From a virus: a DNA stretch of 64,000 nt. The notes below the pieces were generated by a model. The model did not search any database. It saw nothing but the letters and a program-made list of their open reading frames with translations, and was not told the DNA's origin. Of this stretch, positions 36,213 to 46,600 are shown piece by piece. Within the stretch, counting starts at the first letter, position 1, and each line of letters opens with the position of its first letter. The DNA lies in the IMG/VR virus record IMGVR_UViG_3300014203_000017. One strand, 5' to 3'. The position numbers and the translations under genes are program-made.

Positions 36213-39146
36213 TTATTTACCTCTAACCATATACATCAATTTACCAAGTATTGCATCAGTACGTGCTGTATCTGAAAGAGTTAAATTCATTGTTTTTTCA
36301 CGCATTGTATTAGAAATTTCCGTTATATGCAGTTTAACGGGAACACTCTCGTAATTATAGTTTATTTTTAATACCATACTATTGTTTACAGTATGGATAC
36401 CATAAGTATCAATTTTATTGTAAATATAGGTGCCTTCTGCGTCAGTTATTTTACAATAGATCCTAGTTAAATACACTCCTTTGTGGGGATCGAAATAGAC
36501 TTCTGTTTTAGATGGTTTAATATAAACCCCTTTTTTATTTGTTTCCCATTCAATATTATTGCTGATAATTTTTTTATATTTGCCTACTACTGTAATAACA
36601 AAATTTATACTTTCACTTTTTTCTTTAAATAACAAATCGTTATATAGATAAACATAATTACCAATATGTATTGGTGCATTTAAAGCATCTGATAACTCTT
36701 CATATCTTACAATAGAAGCCGAATAAGTTGGCGTCGGCTCTATATATGAAACAAATTTTTGAGTTGCTGCAAAATACAAACCAGAACTATCTAATTGAGT
36801 ATTATCTGTATAATTGATAGAAATTAAATAATTTCCATATAACTCATACATTTTTTGCCAGAAAACGTCTTGTTTTTCTTTTAAATTTTCATAAAATTTC
36901 TTTATTGAGTATAATCCTTCAGGAGATTTTTTTATTGATTGGAAAACACTATCTTGTTCTATTTTATCTAAAATAAGCCTATAATTCGTGAAATATCCTT
37001 TTCTTGTATAACTAATTGTTTCATCAATTTTATCTTTAAATACCCTTTCTACATCTTGTTTGGGATTGAGAACACCTCCAACATATTCATAAGCATACTT
37101 GCCCGTCGGCACATTATTTTCAAGAGTAAAATAGATTGTTTCATCTAAGTATACTTTATATTTATTATAGGTTGCTAAATATGTTGCATAATTAGTGTAT
37201 TGAACCCAATTTTTAGACAGTATCCTCACAACCTCTTCGTCACTTAAAGAAAGTGCGGCATCCCCTTCCTCAATTCTTTGCGCATTGAGAATTTCGTTCA
37301 TTTTTTCTCTTGCTTCTCTACAATAGGCTTTATACTTATCTTCTTTTGTTTTCAGTGTAACTCTTAAATCATCAATATAATTGGCGCCTTTGAGTTGTTT
37401 AAGAATAGTTAGATTTATTGGAGTTGCGATTGTTGTTAGAGCTGAGTCTAAGTTATCATTAGCGGTGTGAATCCTTGCCACCTCTCCAGTGTAATAATCA
37501 CTATCATCTAAAATAGTTTCGGTGGGGTTTGTTATTAATCCGTTTACCTCGGAATAGTTGGCTGCCATCATGGCTGCCTTTTCTTCAATTAAATCAATAA
37601 TTTTTTCGCTTTCTGCATTCAAACTATAATATTTTTGAGTTGCAAATTGTAGTTGTAAATTAATGTTGCGCAATTCTTTGCCAAATTTTTCGTTTAAAGT
37701 TGAAAATGTTTCTTGAGGCATCAGCCCATTTTTATATAAGTAAGTAAAGTTGTAAAGAGTAGAACTTGCAGAAGGAATTTTTTCATCAATTACTGAACAA
37801 TATTCTAGCATCTCTTGTTTTTCAGAGTCACTGTAGTTTTTGTTGACCAATAGAACTCTAATTCCTTCTTGTAACTTACCAGCCTCTATTTCTTCCCAAG
37901 AGTCTAATTGATTATTTAGTGTTGTTGATTTTCTTTCATAAGTTGCATAATACTCTTCAATATTTCCTTCAGTGTCTTTCTTTTCTAGTGTTTTGAATGT
38001 AAGGTCATTCGTTATACTTTCTGGTTTTGTTTGTGAAAGAACAAGAGTATAAACACTTGTATACATATTATTGTCGTTGTCTTTAAAATTGAAGTTTAAA
38101 ACTCCTATTTCAGTATCTAAAACAACAATTTCATTATTATACTCAAACTCAACTGTATCGTCTTCTTGAACTTGGAGATAAGGTTCGCCTAAGATAGCAA
38201 ACACATCATTAATATCAAGATCACTGTCATGTATTGTGTTTTCATACAAGAATTGTTGTAAGGAATTTGGCATTGTTGGTAATAGTGATACGGTATAGCC
38301 ATTGGAGTCTTCTCCACCGCTAACATTCATTACAGTATAGTAAGTGTTGCTTTTAACGGAATAACTCATTTTAGTTAAATTTGAGTCATCAAACAAACGA
38401 TACCCTGTAAATTTATCTTCTGCTATATTTTCATAACTAATTATACCGCCAATTCCATTTTCATTATAAGTAATTTTAATACGAGCATTAAATAAACTTG
38501 CTATCGTTACAACAGCATTGTAGATATTAGAATTGCTTATATTGATAGAGCTTTTTGTTTCTTCTGCTGAGTCTGTATCGTAAATTTCATATACGGGGAA
38601 ACTAGGAGTTCTATTAGAACATAATTTCTCATCTACTTTCCAAATAGTACATTTACCATATTTTAAAATTTTTTTAGTCATTTCCTTAATATTAAAGGGT
38701 CCAACATCATTTGGATAAGTATCTTCATCTGTTGAGTCAAAAGTCAAACCAACGCCCATTTTGACCCCCTCGGCGGAAAAAACATCTTGCGCCGTAACGG
38801 TATAAATTATATTGCTTGCTGTTATTTGAGGTGATATATTGGTTATAACAAAATCAATAATTTGGTCATATGTTTGTAAACGTAATTTACGTTGGTTAAC
38901 TATTAAATCAATTAAAGGGTTGCGTTCATCATTAGCATACATTGAAATGCTAAAAGTTAAAGTAAAATTGCTATTTTCTTTTTCCACCAACTTTTCTCCA
39001 AAAGTAGAAAATAAAGTTGGTTTGCTACCGTCTTTTTTAATGCCTAGAAGAGTAAAATTTGTACCCTTTACGCCATCTTTTTCAAGATACTCGATTGTAC
39101 TAAGAGCAAAATCATAAGGTGTCTTTAAATCATATTTTTTATACAT
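36213..39146 (-). CDS. Tal / baseplate hub-tail spike protein (977 aa)
   Basis: gp27-like N-terminal pattern (TFSISMY..NPLIDL..FVITNI..YTVTAQD..WKVD), long helical middle; tail module position. Confidence 0.7.
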   Translation of the reverse strand: MYKKYDLKTPYDFALSTIEYLEKDGVKGTNFTLLGIKKDGSKPTLFSTFGEKLVEKENSNFTLTFSISMYANDERNPLIDLIVNQRKLRLQTYDQIIDFVITNISPQITASNIIYTVTAQDVFSAEGVKMGVGLTFDSTDEDTYPNDVGPFNIKEMTKKILKYGKCTIWKVDEKLCSNRTPSFPVYEIYDTDSAEETKSSINISNSNIYNAVVTIASLFNARIKITYNENGIGGIISYENIAEDKFTGYRLFDDSNLTKMSYSVKSNTYYTVMNVSGGEDSNGYTVSLLPTMPNSLQQFLYENTIHDSDLDINDVFAILGEPYLQVQEDDTVEFEYNNEIVVLDTEIGVLNFNFKDNDNNMYTSVYTLVLSQTKPESITNDLTFKTLEKKDTEGNIEEYYATYERKSTTLNNQLDSWEEIEAGKLQEGIRVLLVNKNYSDSEKQEMLEYCSVIDEKIPSASSTLYNFTYLYKNGLMPQETFSTLNEKFGKELRNINLQLQFATQKYYSLNAESEKIIDLIEEKAAMMAANYSEVNGLITNPTETILDDSDYYTGEVARIHTANDNLDSALTTIATPINLTILKQLKGANYIDDLRVTLKTKEDKYKAYCREAREKMNEILNAQRIEEGDAALSLSDEEVVRILSKNWVQYTNYATYLATYNKYKVYLDETIYFTLENNVPTGKYAYEYVGGVLNPKQDVERVFKDKIDETISYTRKGYFTNYRLILDKIEQDSVFQSIKKSPEGLYSIKKFYENLKEKQDVFWQKMYELYGNYLISINYTDNTQLDSSGLYFAATQKFVSYIEPTPTYSASIVRYEELSDALNAPIHIGNYVYLYNDLLFKEKSESINFVITVVGKYKKIISNNIEWETNKKGVYIKPSKTEVYFDPHKGVYLTRIYCKITDAEGTYIYNKIDTYGIHTVNNSMVLKINYNYESVPVKLHITEISNTMREKTMNLTLSDTARTDAILGKLMYMVRGK

Positions 39147-39156
39147 TGTTCACCTC

Positions 39157-41265
39157 TCAATCTATATCGTAAACAAGTGTTCCGGTAAAATGTCTTACAT
39201 TTGTAGAATCTGCCGTTTCAACACTTGATTGTAAATCCATACCATCAATTGAAGAGTTGCTATAAGTTATTACACTTAAAGGTTTAGCATATATATAAAT
39301 TATTCCCGAAGATAATAATATTTTAGCAGGTACTTGTTGATATATAGAGCGCCCATTAATTTTATATTTTGAATAAAGCATTCCGACACCAATTTTATTA
39401 GAAGATGGTTTTAAATTGTAGGGTATAGTACATAATTCAATATTACTACTATTTAGGTCTTCAGGTGAACTAAATTCAATATCAAATTCAATAATTACTG
39501 TTTTTTTAACCACAGTAATCTTCGAAATATTTGTTGTTGCGTTAGTTGGTAGAGCTTCTGTAAAAAAAGTTACACTATACGGATAAACAGAAAAAATATC
39601 CTTTATTTCAGAATTTATAGTATTTAAAACTTCTGCTTTATTTAAAAGATCTTTATCATTCAACTCATCAGAGTTTTCTTTTTCCATTTTACTTGTAAAA
39701 TAAATGTTAATATTGTCAAAGTTTAAAGTTGGTGTAGTGGCACCAAGACCGTTGATAGTTAAATCGCTCAACCAATTTATAGTTGTATTAGATGTATCTA
39801 GTTTTAAGATACCATTTGTCTGAATAGTTTTTTCGTTAAAATTAATTTCAGTTTGAGAACCAGTAAAATTAATTTTATTATCACTACCTATATTCAAAGT
39901 AGAATCAGTATAATTAAGTTCACTTTCTCCAATATTAATAGTTTCATTGTTTATGTTGTTCAAAAGAATGTTAGAACCGTCTTTGACATCATTAAAATAA
40001 ACCGTTCTAGCTGCTGTATTGTTTATGTCATTATTTTTATATTCAATTTTAACTTTATCAGTTGTATTAACAGCTCCTGGGGCAGTGCCCTCTGCTAAAA
40101 CTGCCAGTTGACCACTAAAATAATTACCAGCCGTAATTGTATTGGTAGTTTCGTTACTAGAAATACGATTATTTAAAGCAGCAAAAGAAAAATACTGTTT
40201 ATCCTCTTCGCCATCATCATCATTGTCACCCACAACACAGTATCCTCTATAAAGCTCAGTAAAGCCAAGTATCTCTGCGTATTCAGGAGTTAAAAAGGTT
40301 AAACGTTGTATTGAGTTATCCATATATTTCGTAAATACAGTATTTGTATCTACAAATATATTAATAAAGCCAAACACATCTAAATATGCTGCAAAAACGT
40401 TACCGCTTTCTACTAAACTTTCGACCTCTGCTTTTGTAGAAATCAATATCTTATCAGGATTTGTAATATCTATTTTATAATAATTATATGTTATTCCTGT
40501 ACTAGTATAATCAAAAGTTAAAGTATCAATATTTGTATAATCAAGATATTCGCCACTTTTTACTTGTATTCCAGAATTTGTATATGATAAATTTGTATTT
40601 GCGATTTCACAACTTTGTGAGTCAAAAACTAGCTCGTTTCCAGCATAAGGGTGTTTTGTTTGATAAAGATCTGTAAAAGCATTTTTACCACTGTTACTAA
40701 ATTTTGTTTTGAAATACACTACTCCACTATTATCTTTATAAATTAAGCCAACTTGACAATAAAGACTATTGGTAATTTTGTTATCATAATCTGAACTTAA
40801 AACAGTTGTAAACAATGCGCTTGTATTTTCATTGTTTAATAACAAAAATACACCACAAACACTATTATTTCCTATGGTTGTTAAATCTATTGTGCTATTT
40901 AAATCAACTGTTTTAGAAGCATACTCTGGACCATTTTCAATATTATTTATAACTATTTTTTTAGTACCATCAATGAAAATATTTGCTTGCAATTCTAAAT
41001 AAAAATTATCAACGACGCCCAAATCATAAACACCACTATTGTATTTTTCTGAAATAGCGACACCATTAGCTTTTACAACAAAATTAACTATATTGCCACT
41101 CATAAACCCTGTACCATTATAAATACCAGAACTATAAGTGTTGCTCAAATTAGTAAATTTTTGACTTAAATTATTTACTTCGCCATAGACTTCCATGAGG
41201 AAAGCGTTTAAAGCCGGTCCCCAGCCTAATTGACCATTATAAGGTAGATTTATTTTTTTAGCCAT
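39157..41265 (-). CDS. Tail fibre / receptor-binding protein (702 aa)
   Basis: N-terminal LPYNGQLGWGPALN anchor motif; C-terminal head-like LCTIPYNLKP; beta-rich. Confidence 0.65.
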   Translation of the reverse strand: MAKKINLPYNGQLGWGPALNAFLMEVYGEVNNLSQKFTNLSNTYSSGIYNGTGFMSGNIVNFVVKANGVAISEKYNSGVYDLGVVDNFYLELQANIFIDGTKKIVINNIENGPEYASKTVDLNSTIDLTTIGNNSVCGVFLLLNNENTSALFTTVLSSDYDNKITNSLYCQVGLIYKDNSGVVYFKTKFSNSGKNAFTDLYQTKHPYAGNELVFDSQSCEIANTNLSYTNSGIQVKSGEYLDYTNIDTLTFDYTSTGITYNYYKIDITNPDKILISTKAEVESLVESGNVFAAYLDVFGFINIFVDTNTVFTKYMDNSIQRLTFLTPEYAEILGFTELYRGYCVVGDNDDDGEEDKQYFSFAALNNRISSNETTNTITAGNYFSGQLAVLAEGTAPGAVNTTDKVKIEYKNNDINNTAARTVYFNDVKDGSNILLNNINNETINIGESELNYTDSTLNIGSDNKINFTGSQTEINFNEKTIQTNGILKLDTSNTTINWLSDLTINGLGATTPTLNFDNINIYFTSKMEKENSDELNDKDLLNKAEVLNTINSEIKDIFSVYPYSVTFFTEALPTNATTNISKITVVKKTVIIEFDIEFSSPEDLNSSNIELCTIPYNLKPSSNKIGVGMLYSKYKINGRSIYQQVPAKILLSSGIIYIYAKPLSVITYSNSSIDGMDLQSSVETADSTNVRHFTGTLVYDID

Positions 41266-41278
41266 TTATACTCCTCCT

Positions 41279-41740
41279 CTAAATAATTTTTTCGCATATT
41301 CGTCTATTATATTCTTTTGTAAAAGCGTCACAAATTGGTTTCATTTCGTGATTTTGTCCTAAACTTATGTAACGTGTACATAAACCAAAACCATTTATAA
41401 ACATTTCATTCGGTATATCTTTAATATCATCATAAGAATAATAAATCATATTTATATATACTTTTATATCTCTAATTTCACGAGCTAAATTTTCAGCACG
41501 TTCTTTTTCATCTGCTCTTCTTTCTAAATCTTGATTGTGTAAAATAGTATTAACACTAGTACTGAGAGAAATATTAGCTCTTTTCGCTTCAGCAATATCT
41601 TCTTCATTTTTTATAATTCTTTCTTCCAATTCTCTGTGACGTTTTAAATCTCTTTTTGCTTTTTTGTAAATTGGAATAATAATAACTGTTAAAACTGATA
41701 TTGATACAGTAATTATTGCACTTATTTCTCCTGCGTTCAT
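41279..41740 (-). CDS. Membrane-anchored coiled-coil protein, holin-like
   Basis: N-terminal TM helix, coiled coil, C-terminal Y..LGQN motif. Confidence 0.55.
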   Translation of the reverse strand: MNAGEISAIITVSISVLTVIIIPIYKKAKRDLKRHRELEERIIKNEEDIAEAKRANISLSTSVNTILHNQDLERRADEKERAENLAREIRDIKVYINMIYYSYDDIKDIPNEMFINGFGLCTRYISLGQNHEMKPICDAFTKEYNRRICEKII

Positions 41741-41748
41741 TTCTTACC

Positions 41749-42060
41749 TCACCAACTACTTGCTGAACCACCTTTTAATATAATTGCTGATGGAAATGGA
41801 GACTCTGTTTGTTCTTTAACATAACCAACCGTTGCAACTTGATTATCTTTACTATTATAATTAGGGGTTGCGGCATAAAGAGGAGCGTCAACTATAACTC
41901 CATTTTCATATTTGAAGATTCGCAAACCTTCTTCGCCATTTTTCCAAGAGCCTATATAATATTTAATAGGTTCAATTATATTGTTTTCATCATCATATAT
42001 GGGAATATTGTAAGAAAAATTAATTGCTGAAGCACTGTGACCTGTTATATCTATATACAT
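41749..42060 (-). CDS. Short fibre-like / baseplate adaptor protein (103 aa)
   Basis: PLYAATP...NQVATVGYV fibre motif; coupled to Dit stop. Confidence 0.45.
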   Translation of the reverse strand: MYIDITGHSASAINFSYNIPIYDDENNIIEPIKYYIGSWKNGEEGLRIFKYENGVIVDAPLYAATPNYNSKDNQVATVGYVKEQTESPFPSAIILKGGSASSW

Positions 42061-43664
42061 TATATGACACCTCTAGGAGTAAAAATAATATTAACATCTT
42101 CTATTATTTCTTGTCCTTCCTCATCTTTTGTTACTCGTATCTTATCATAATTACATATTGAGAAATTATAATAGTGATCAAGTACTATCCAAGATCCCAA
42201 GTCCTCTTCTGTTATAAGGTCAACTATTGTATTATCACTAGCATCTACTCTCAAGCCAGGATTCAATAATATTTTTTGGGTTTCAATGTTTGGAGTTAAA
42301 ATTCCTTCCCCATATATACTTATATTATAACCCATTTCGCCCGATATTTCAAATATGTGTATTCCATATTCATTTTCATTTTGTCTATTTGGATATAATA
42401 ATGGTTTTTCTAATTTAATTCTATATTCATAGAAACCAGAAGACACAACAGGCTCTGTAATAAATTTGCCTTTTAATATCTCTGGCTCTCCAGACTCAAG
42501 TTCCAATGTATTAGTAAAACTTAAACTATTAGGGTCTAATATATTAATACCAGAATTGTCTCCTATTGAACCCAATAAACTACCATTTATAGTAATAACA
42601 TTGTTTTTATAATCAAAATTTACAGCGTAATCACTATCACCAACAATATTGAAATTTAATAAGCTTACTATATTATCAGTATTATCTTTGCTTACAACAA
42701 TTTTACTATCCGTTTCTTTTGATAAAACCACGAGTTGTGGATTACCATTAATTTCTCCTGTGTTGAAAACGGCATTATAGCTTGGTTCCGCTTTCCTTAT
42801 CACAATTAAAGACGGATTGTCAGAGATTTTTGTCATTTTGGCTAAATTATTGTTACACACTATATCAAAAGAAAAAGATTTAATGTAAGAATTTTCAACT
42901 TCTCCTTCTCTTTTGGTAGTATAAACTGTACTATCAATAAAAATATTTGACTCTTTAAAAACTCCTTCTTCCCTTACTCCAAATTTTACAGTATCATTTT
43001 CAACGACAACTGCGATTGTAATTGGTTCACTTTCATAAGCCGTAATTTCACAAATATCTATTTCAGTCAATGATGGCTCAAAAGTTTGAAAAGAAACACC
43101 AACCACACTATTAGATATGCTGACGAGGGTTGCCGCTATATTTTGCTCAGCTTTTGCGCCCACATAATATGAGAGCGGGAAAAAATACGGTTCTAAGCTA
43201 CTGTACTCAGTGTTTTCAGTAGTGTTTAAATAAGCCCCAACTGTTGAATAAAGTGCATATGGTTCGCCAACTGTCGTAAAAGACAAAGTAAAAGTAATTA
43301 TATAAGTACCTTCTTTGTATGGTACTATTGTTGGTGTAGGTATTGTGGAAAGTTTTACTATATAATAAGAATTTACATTAAAATCAAATCTTAATCTTCC
43401 AATTATATTAGGACTTAACCAATCACAAATTTTGCGCCATTCTCCTAGTGTTACATTTATAGCAACACATTGCATTTTTTTAGTTGTCGCTAAATTTTGA
43501 CTACCGCTAAAAATATAGCCATCTCCACTAGCTAAAGTGGAGGTGGTATCTTTAAAAGTAGGACCAAAAGAAATTGATAAATCATTAGAGTTTGTTATCC
43601 AAACTTTCATATCTGTGCTATGTTTTTCATTAAAATAGAAATCTGTGTATTTATCGTTTAACAT
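42060..43664 (-). CDS. Distal tail protein (Dit), enlarged
   Basis: Follows tape measure; FYFNEKHS..ISFGP..RKICDWL..GRLRFD..YYIVK..TLSF Dit pattern. Confidence 0.75.
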   Translation of the reverse strand: MLNDKYTDFYFNEKHSTDMKVWITNSNDLSISFGPTFKDTTSTLASGDGYIFSGSQNLATTKKMQCVAINVTLGEWRKICDWLSPNIIGRLRFDFNVNSYYIVKLSTIPTPTIVPYKEGTYIITFTLSFTTVGEPYALYSTVGAYLNTTENTEYSSLEPYFFPLSYYVGAKAEQNIAATLVSISNSVVGVSFQTFEPSLTEIDICEITAYESEPITIAVVVENDTVKFGVREEGVFKESNIFIDSTVYTTKREGEVENSYIKSFSFDIVCNNNLAKMTKISDNPSLIVIRKAEPSYNAVFNTGEINGNPQLVVLSKETDSKIVVSKDNTDNIVSLLNFNIVGDSDYAVNFDYKNNVITINGSLLGSIGDNSGINILDPNSLSFTNTLELESGEPEILKGKFITEPVVSSGFYEYRIKLEKPLLYPNRQNENEYGIHIFEISGEMGYNISIYGEGILTPNIETQKILLNPGLRVDASDNTIVDLITEEDLGSWIVLDHYYNFSICNYDKIRVTKDEEGQEIIEDVNIIFTPRGVI

Positions 43665-43675
43665 CTTTTTACCTC

Positions 43676-46600
43676 TTAGTTAATTCTTGTATTGGCATTA
43701 ATACCAATTCCGAATTTTTCAATAATATTTTCTAATTCATCATGTACGGCGCCTGCTATTGCTGTTGCATCTGCCGCAGAACCTGTAATCGTAATAGGTG
43801 CTGTTATAATAGTTTTATTTGTAGTTTTAGATACGTCTTTAACAAGAGGTGCAACACCTTCGCCAATAGTAACCTTAGAAACATCTCCTATATCAACGGG
43901 TATTGTATCAGGAATTGTTTCGCCCCTAATATCACCCAATACTTCACGCCAACTTCTTAATGCTTCTTGTTGTGCCAAATATGTAGCGTTTTTATAATCT
44001 TCACTATAATTTTTATACATTTCTTCTTGCGCATCTTCACCAAGAGCCACAAAGTTCTCCCATAAAGTTTGGTTATTAGCCATCAATGCATCATATGCTG
44101 CAGAGGCTGTTTCTAACTGACTATCTATCGCATCATCTATTGAAGCGGCTCTATTTTGTCTTTCAGTATCTCTTTGTTCTTTTTCAGCATTTTTTAAATC
44201 TTCTTGAGCTTGTTTTAAAGCGGCTAAAGATGTCGCATCACTTGCAGTACTAAGTTTTGCAATTTTGTCTCTTAATTTATCAATAGTTGTATCAGCATCT
44301 TGGTCATTCTCAAGTTCGTCTAAATAACTATAATAAGCGTCATAAGCATCTTTTCTATCTTCTAATGTTTTCTCTAACTCTTGTTGTTCAGCTTCATATT
44401 TTGCTTTCATTAATTCAACAGCTTTATCTTGATTATCAAGTGTTTTTTCAATAATACTTTGTCTTGTTTCTTCAACACTAGACAAACCATCTTTCCATGT
44501 ATCAAATAAATCGTCCAAAGTTTTTATATTATTGTTTATATAAGATAATTGATCTGCCGTCAAACCTTTTAAGAAATTGTCGTAAGCGTCGCCACCTTCT
44601 TCATAAGCTTTTTTGAATGACTCCTTATCTATTCCGGCGCCAGATGTTAAGTTTTCAACACCAGCTTCATATAATTGTTCTTGTAAATCTGCTTGTTTTT
44701 CATATTCTTCTAATTGAGCTTGTAAGTTCTCTAATGTGTCGCCGCCGCTCATCGAAGCTTGTCTTTGTAGCTCAGCCAACTTTTTATTACTTGCTACAAT
44801 AGATTGTGTTAATTTATCTTGTTTAGTTAATTGGAAGTTTGCATTTAACGCTATTGTTAAACTACCTTCTTGTAAAGTTGCTAACTGTTGTTCAAGCTCC
44901 ATATTACTAATAATTTTATCATATTCTTCTTTTTGCGCATCTCCAAGTTGATCAGCGCTTGTAACACCATACTTAGCTAAATAGTCAGCGGCTTGTTGTC
45001 TAAATTTATCAGCATTCGCTTGATGGCTCGTTATTGAATTACGAAGTGCATCAATTTGTGTATCTTGATAATCATCTTTTGAAGCTTGTATTTTAGCTAT
45101 ATCTGCTGCAGTTGCTGTGCCAGAAATTAACCTAGAAATTAATTCTCTATCTTCCATTAACTCTGGCGCAATATTGAATAACTCTTCAAGGTCATCTACT
45201 CCCAAACCTTCATGAGACGATGCTTTTTCAGCTATATCGGCAAATTTCTCCAACACAGAAGTCATACGAGTAATTTTATCACTAAAAGCTGTTTTAGATA
45301 ATTCACCCGATGCGTCTTTTATGCTTTTTACTATATCACCTGTGTAGTCTTGTACCATTGCTGCGAATTGACTATATGCTGATTCTGCATTTTGTAGCTC
45401 TTCAAAAGCTTTATCTTTTTCTTCTTGTGAAGCATTACTGCCTCTTATAGCATCATAAGCATTTCTTTTTTCATCCAGCTCCTCTTGAAGAGCTTGTTCT
45501 TGCGCAATAAGTCTCTTATATCCAGGATCACTTTCCAACACATTCATGGCAATGTTACTTGCTTCAGCGCTTCCTTTGCCGCTCTTTAAAGCGTCATTGA
45601 ATGCGTTCAACACATCTTCGGAAATTCTATCTATATTTTTTAAACCATATTCATTATAAGTTTCCACTTCTGATATGTCTTTTCCAGCAAAAGTGCCAGA
45701 ACCTCTTATAAATGCTTCAATTTGATTTATTATTTTATCGCTTGCATTTGCATTTTGAGCTGCTGCTAAAAGATCTTCTAAAGAAAATCTACCGTTTGTA
45801 ATATCATCAGGAGTAATACCCAATTCACCCAAAGCCTTTTTTATTTTTTTATCTTCAGCAATATCTCTTATTTTACCAATATTAGAGCTTTCATAACTAG
45901 CATAATTTTGAGATTGTTGTAAAGTAGCAATAGCATCAACTATACTCCTTATACTTTCTGCCGTAACATTATCAAAAGAAGTAATACTATCAATCAAACT
46001 AATTATACTTTCACTTTGTTTGCTTAACCAAGATTCTGTTGAATATTGTGCATCTAATATTGCTTTTTGATAACTATCAAGATTTTTAGTTAAATTTTTA
46101 TATACTGCCGCTTGCTCTGAGTAAGTAGCATCACTGACACTACTCATCATTGTTACAATGTGCATAGACTCTTTAGTAAAGTTTCTTATGTAAGTGTCGG
46201 CATCACCCGCAAAATTAGCGTTTTTTAAACCATTTGTAAAACTTGTGTTTAAACTTTCTAACATAGAGGTTTGTGCGGCAGTTAATTTTACATTTATATC
46301 ATCTGCCAACCCCTGTTCTAACATGCCCATCTCTGCAATTATTGCTGAAATTCCATTCTCATCAAGCTCTTTCATTTTTAAGGCGAGATTGTAATTTTCT
46401 GTTTTTGCAGCCCTGATACTTCTTTCATAAGCGTCAGATTGTCTTTGCATTGCGCTTATAAGTTCGGGTCCCGTCTTACCGCTAAAACTTTCATCTAAGT
46501 CACCAATAGTTTTTTCAAGACTCTTCATTTGGTCAATTTGTTCTTGAGTTTTATTTCTATTAAAATACAATTCCTTGTATTCAGCCATATTGGTATCTAT

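Noticed and set aside
1214-41265. Diversity-generating retroelement acting on fibre or RBP C-termini
   Set aside because: No reverse transcriptase and no TR/VR pair with adenine-specific mismatches seen in the window; cannot be excluded elsewhere in the genome
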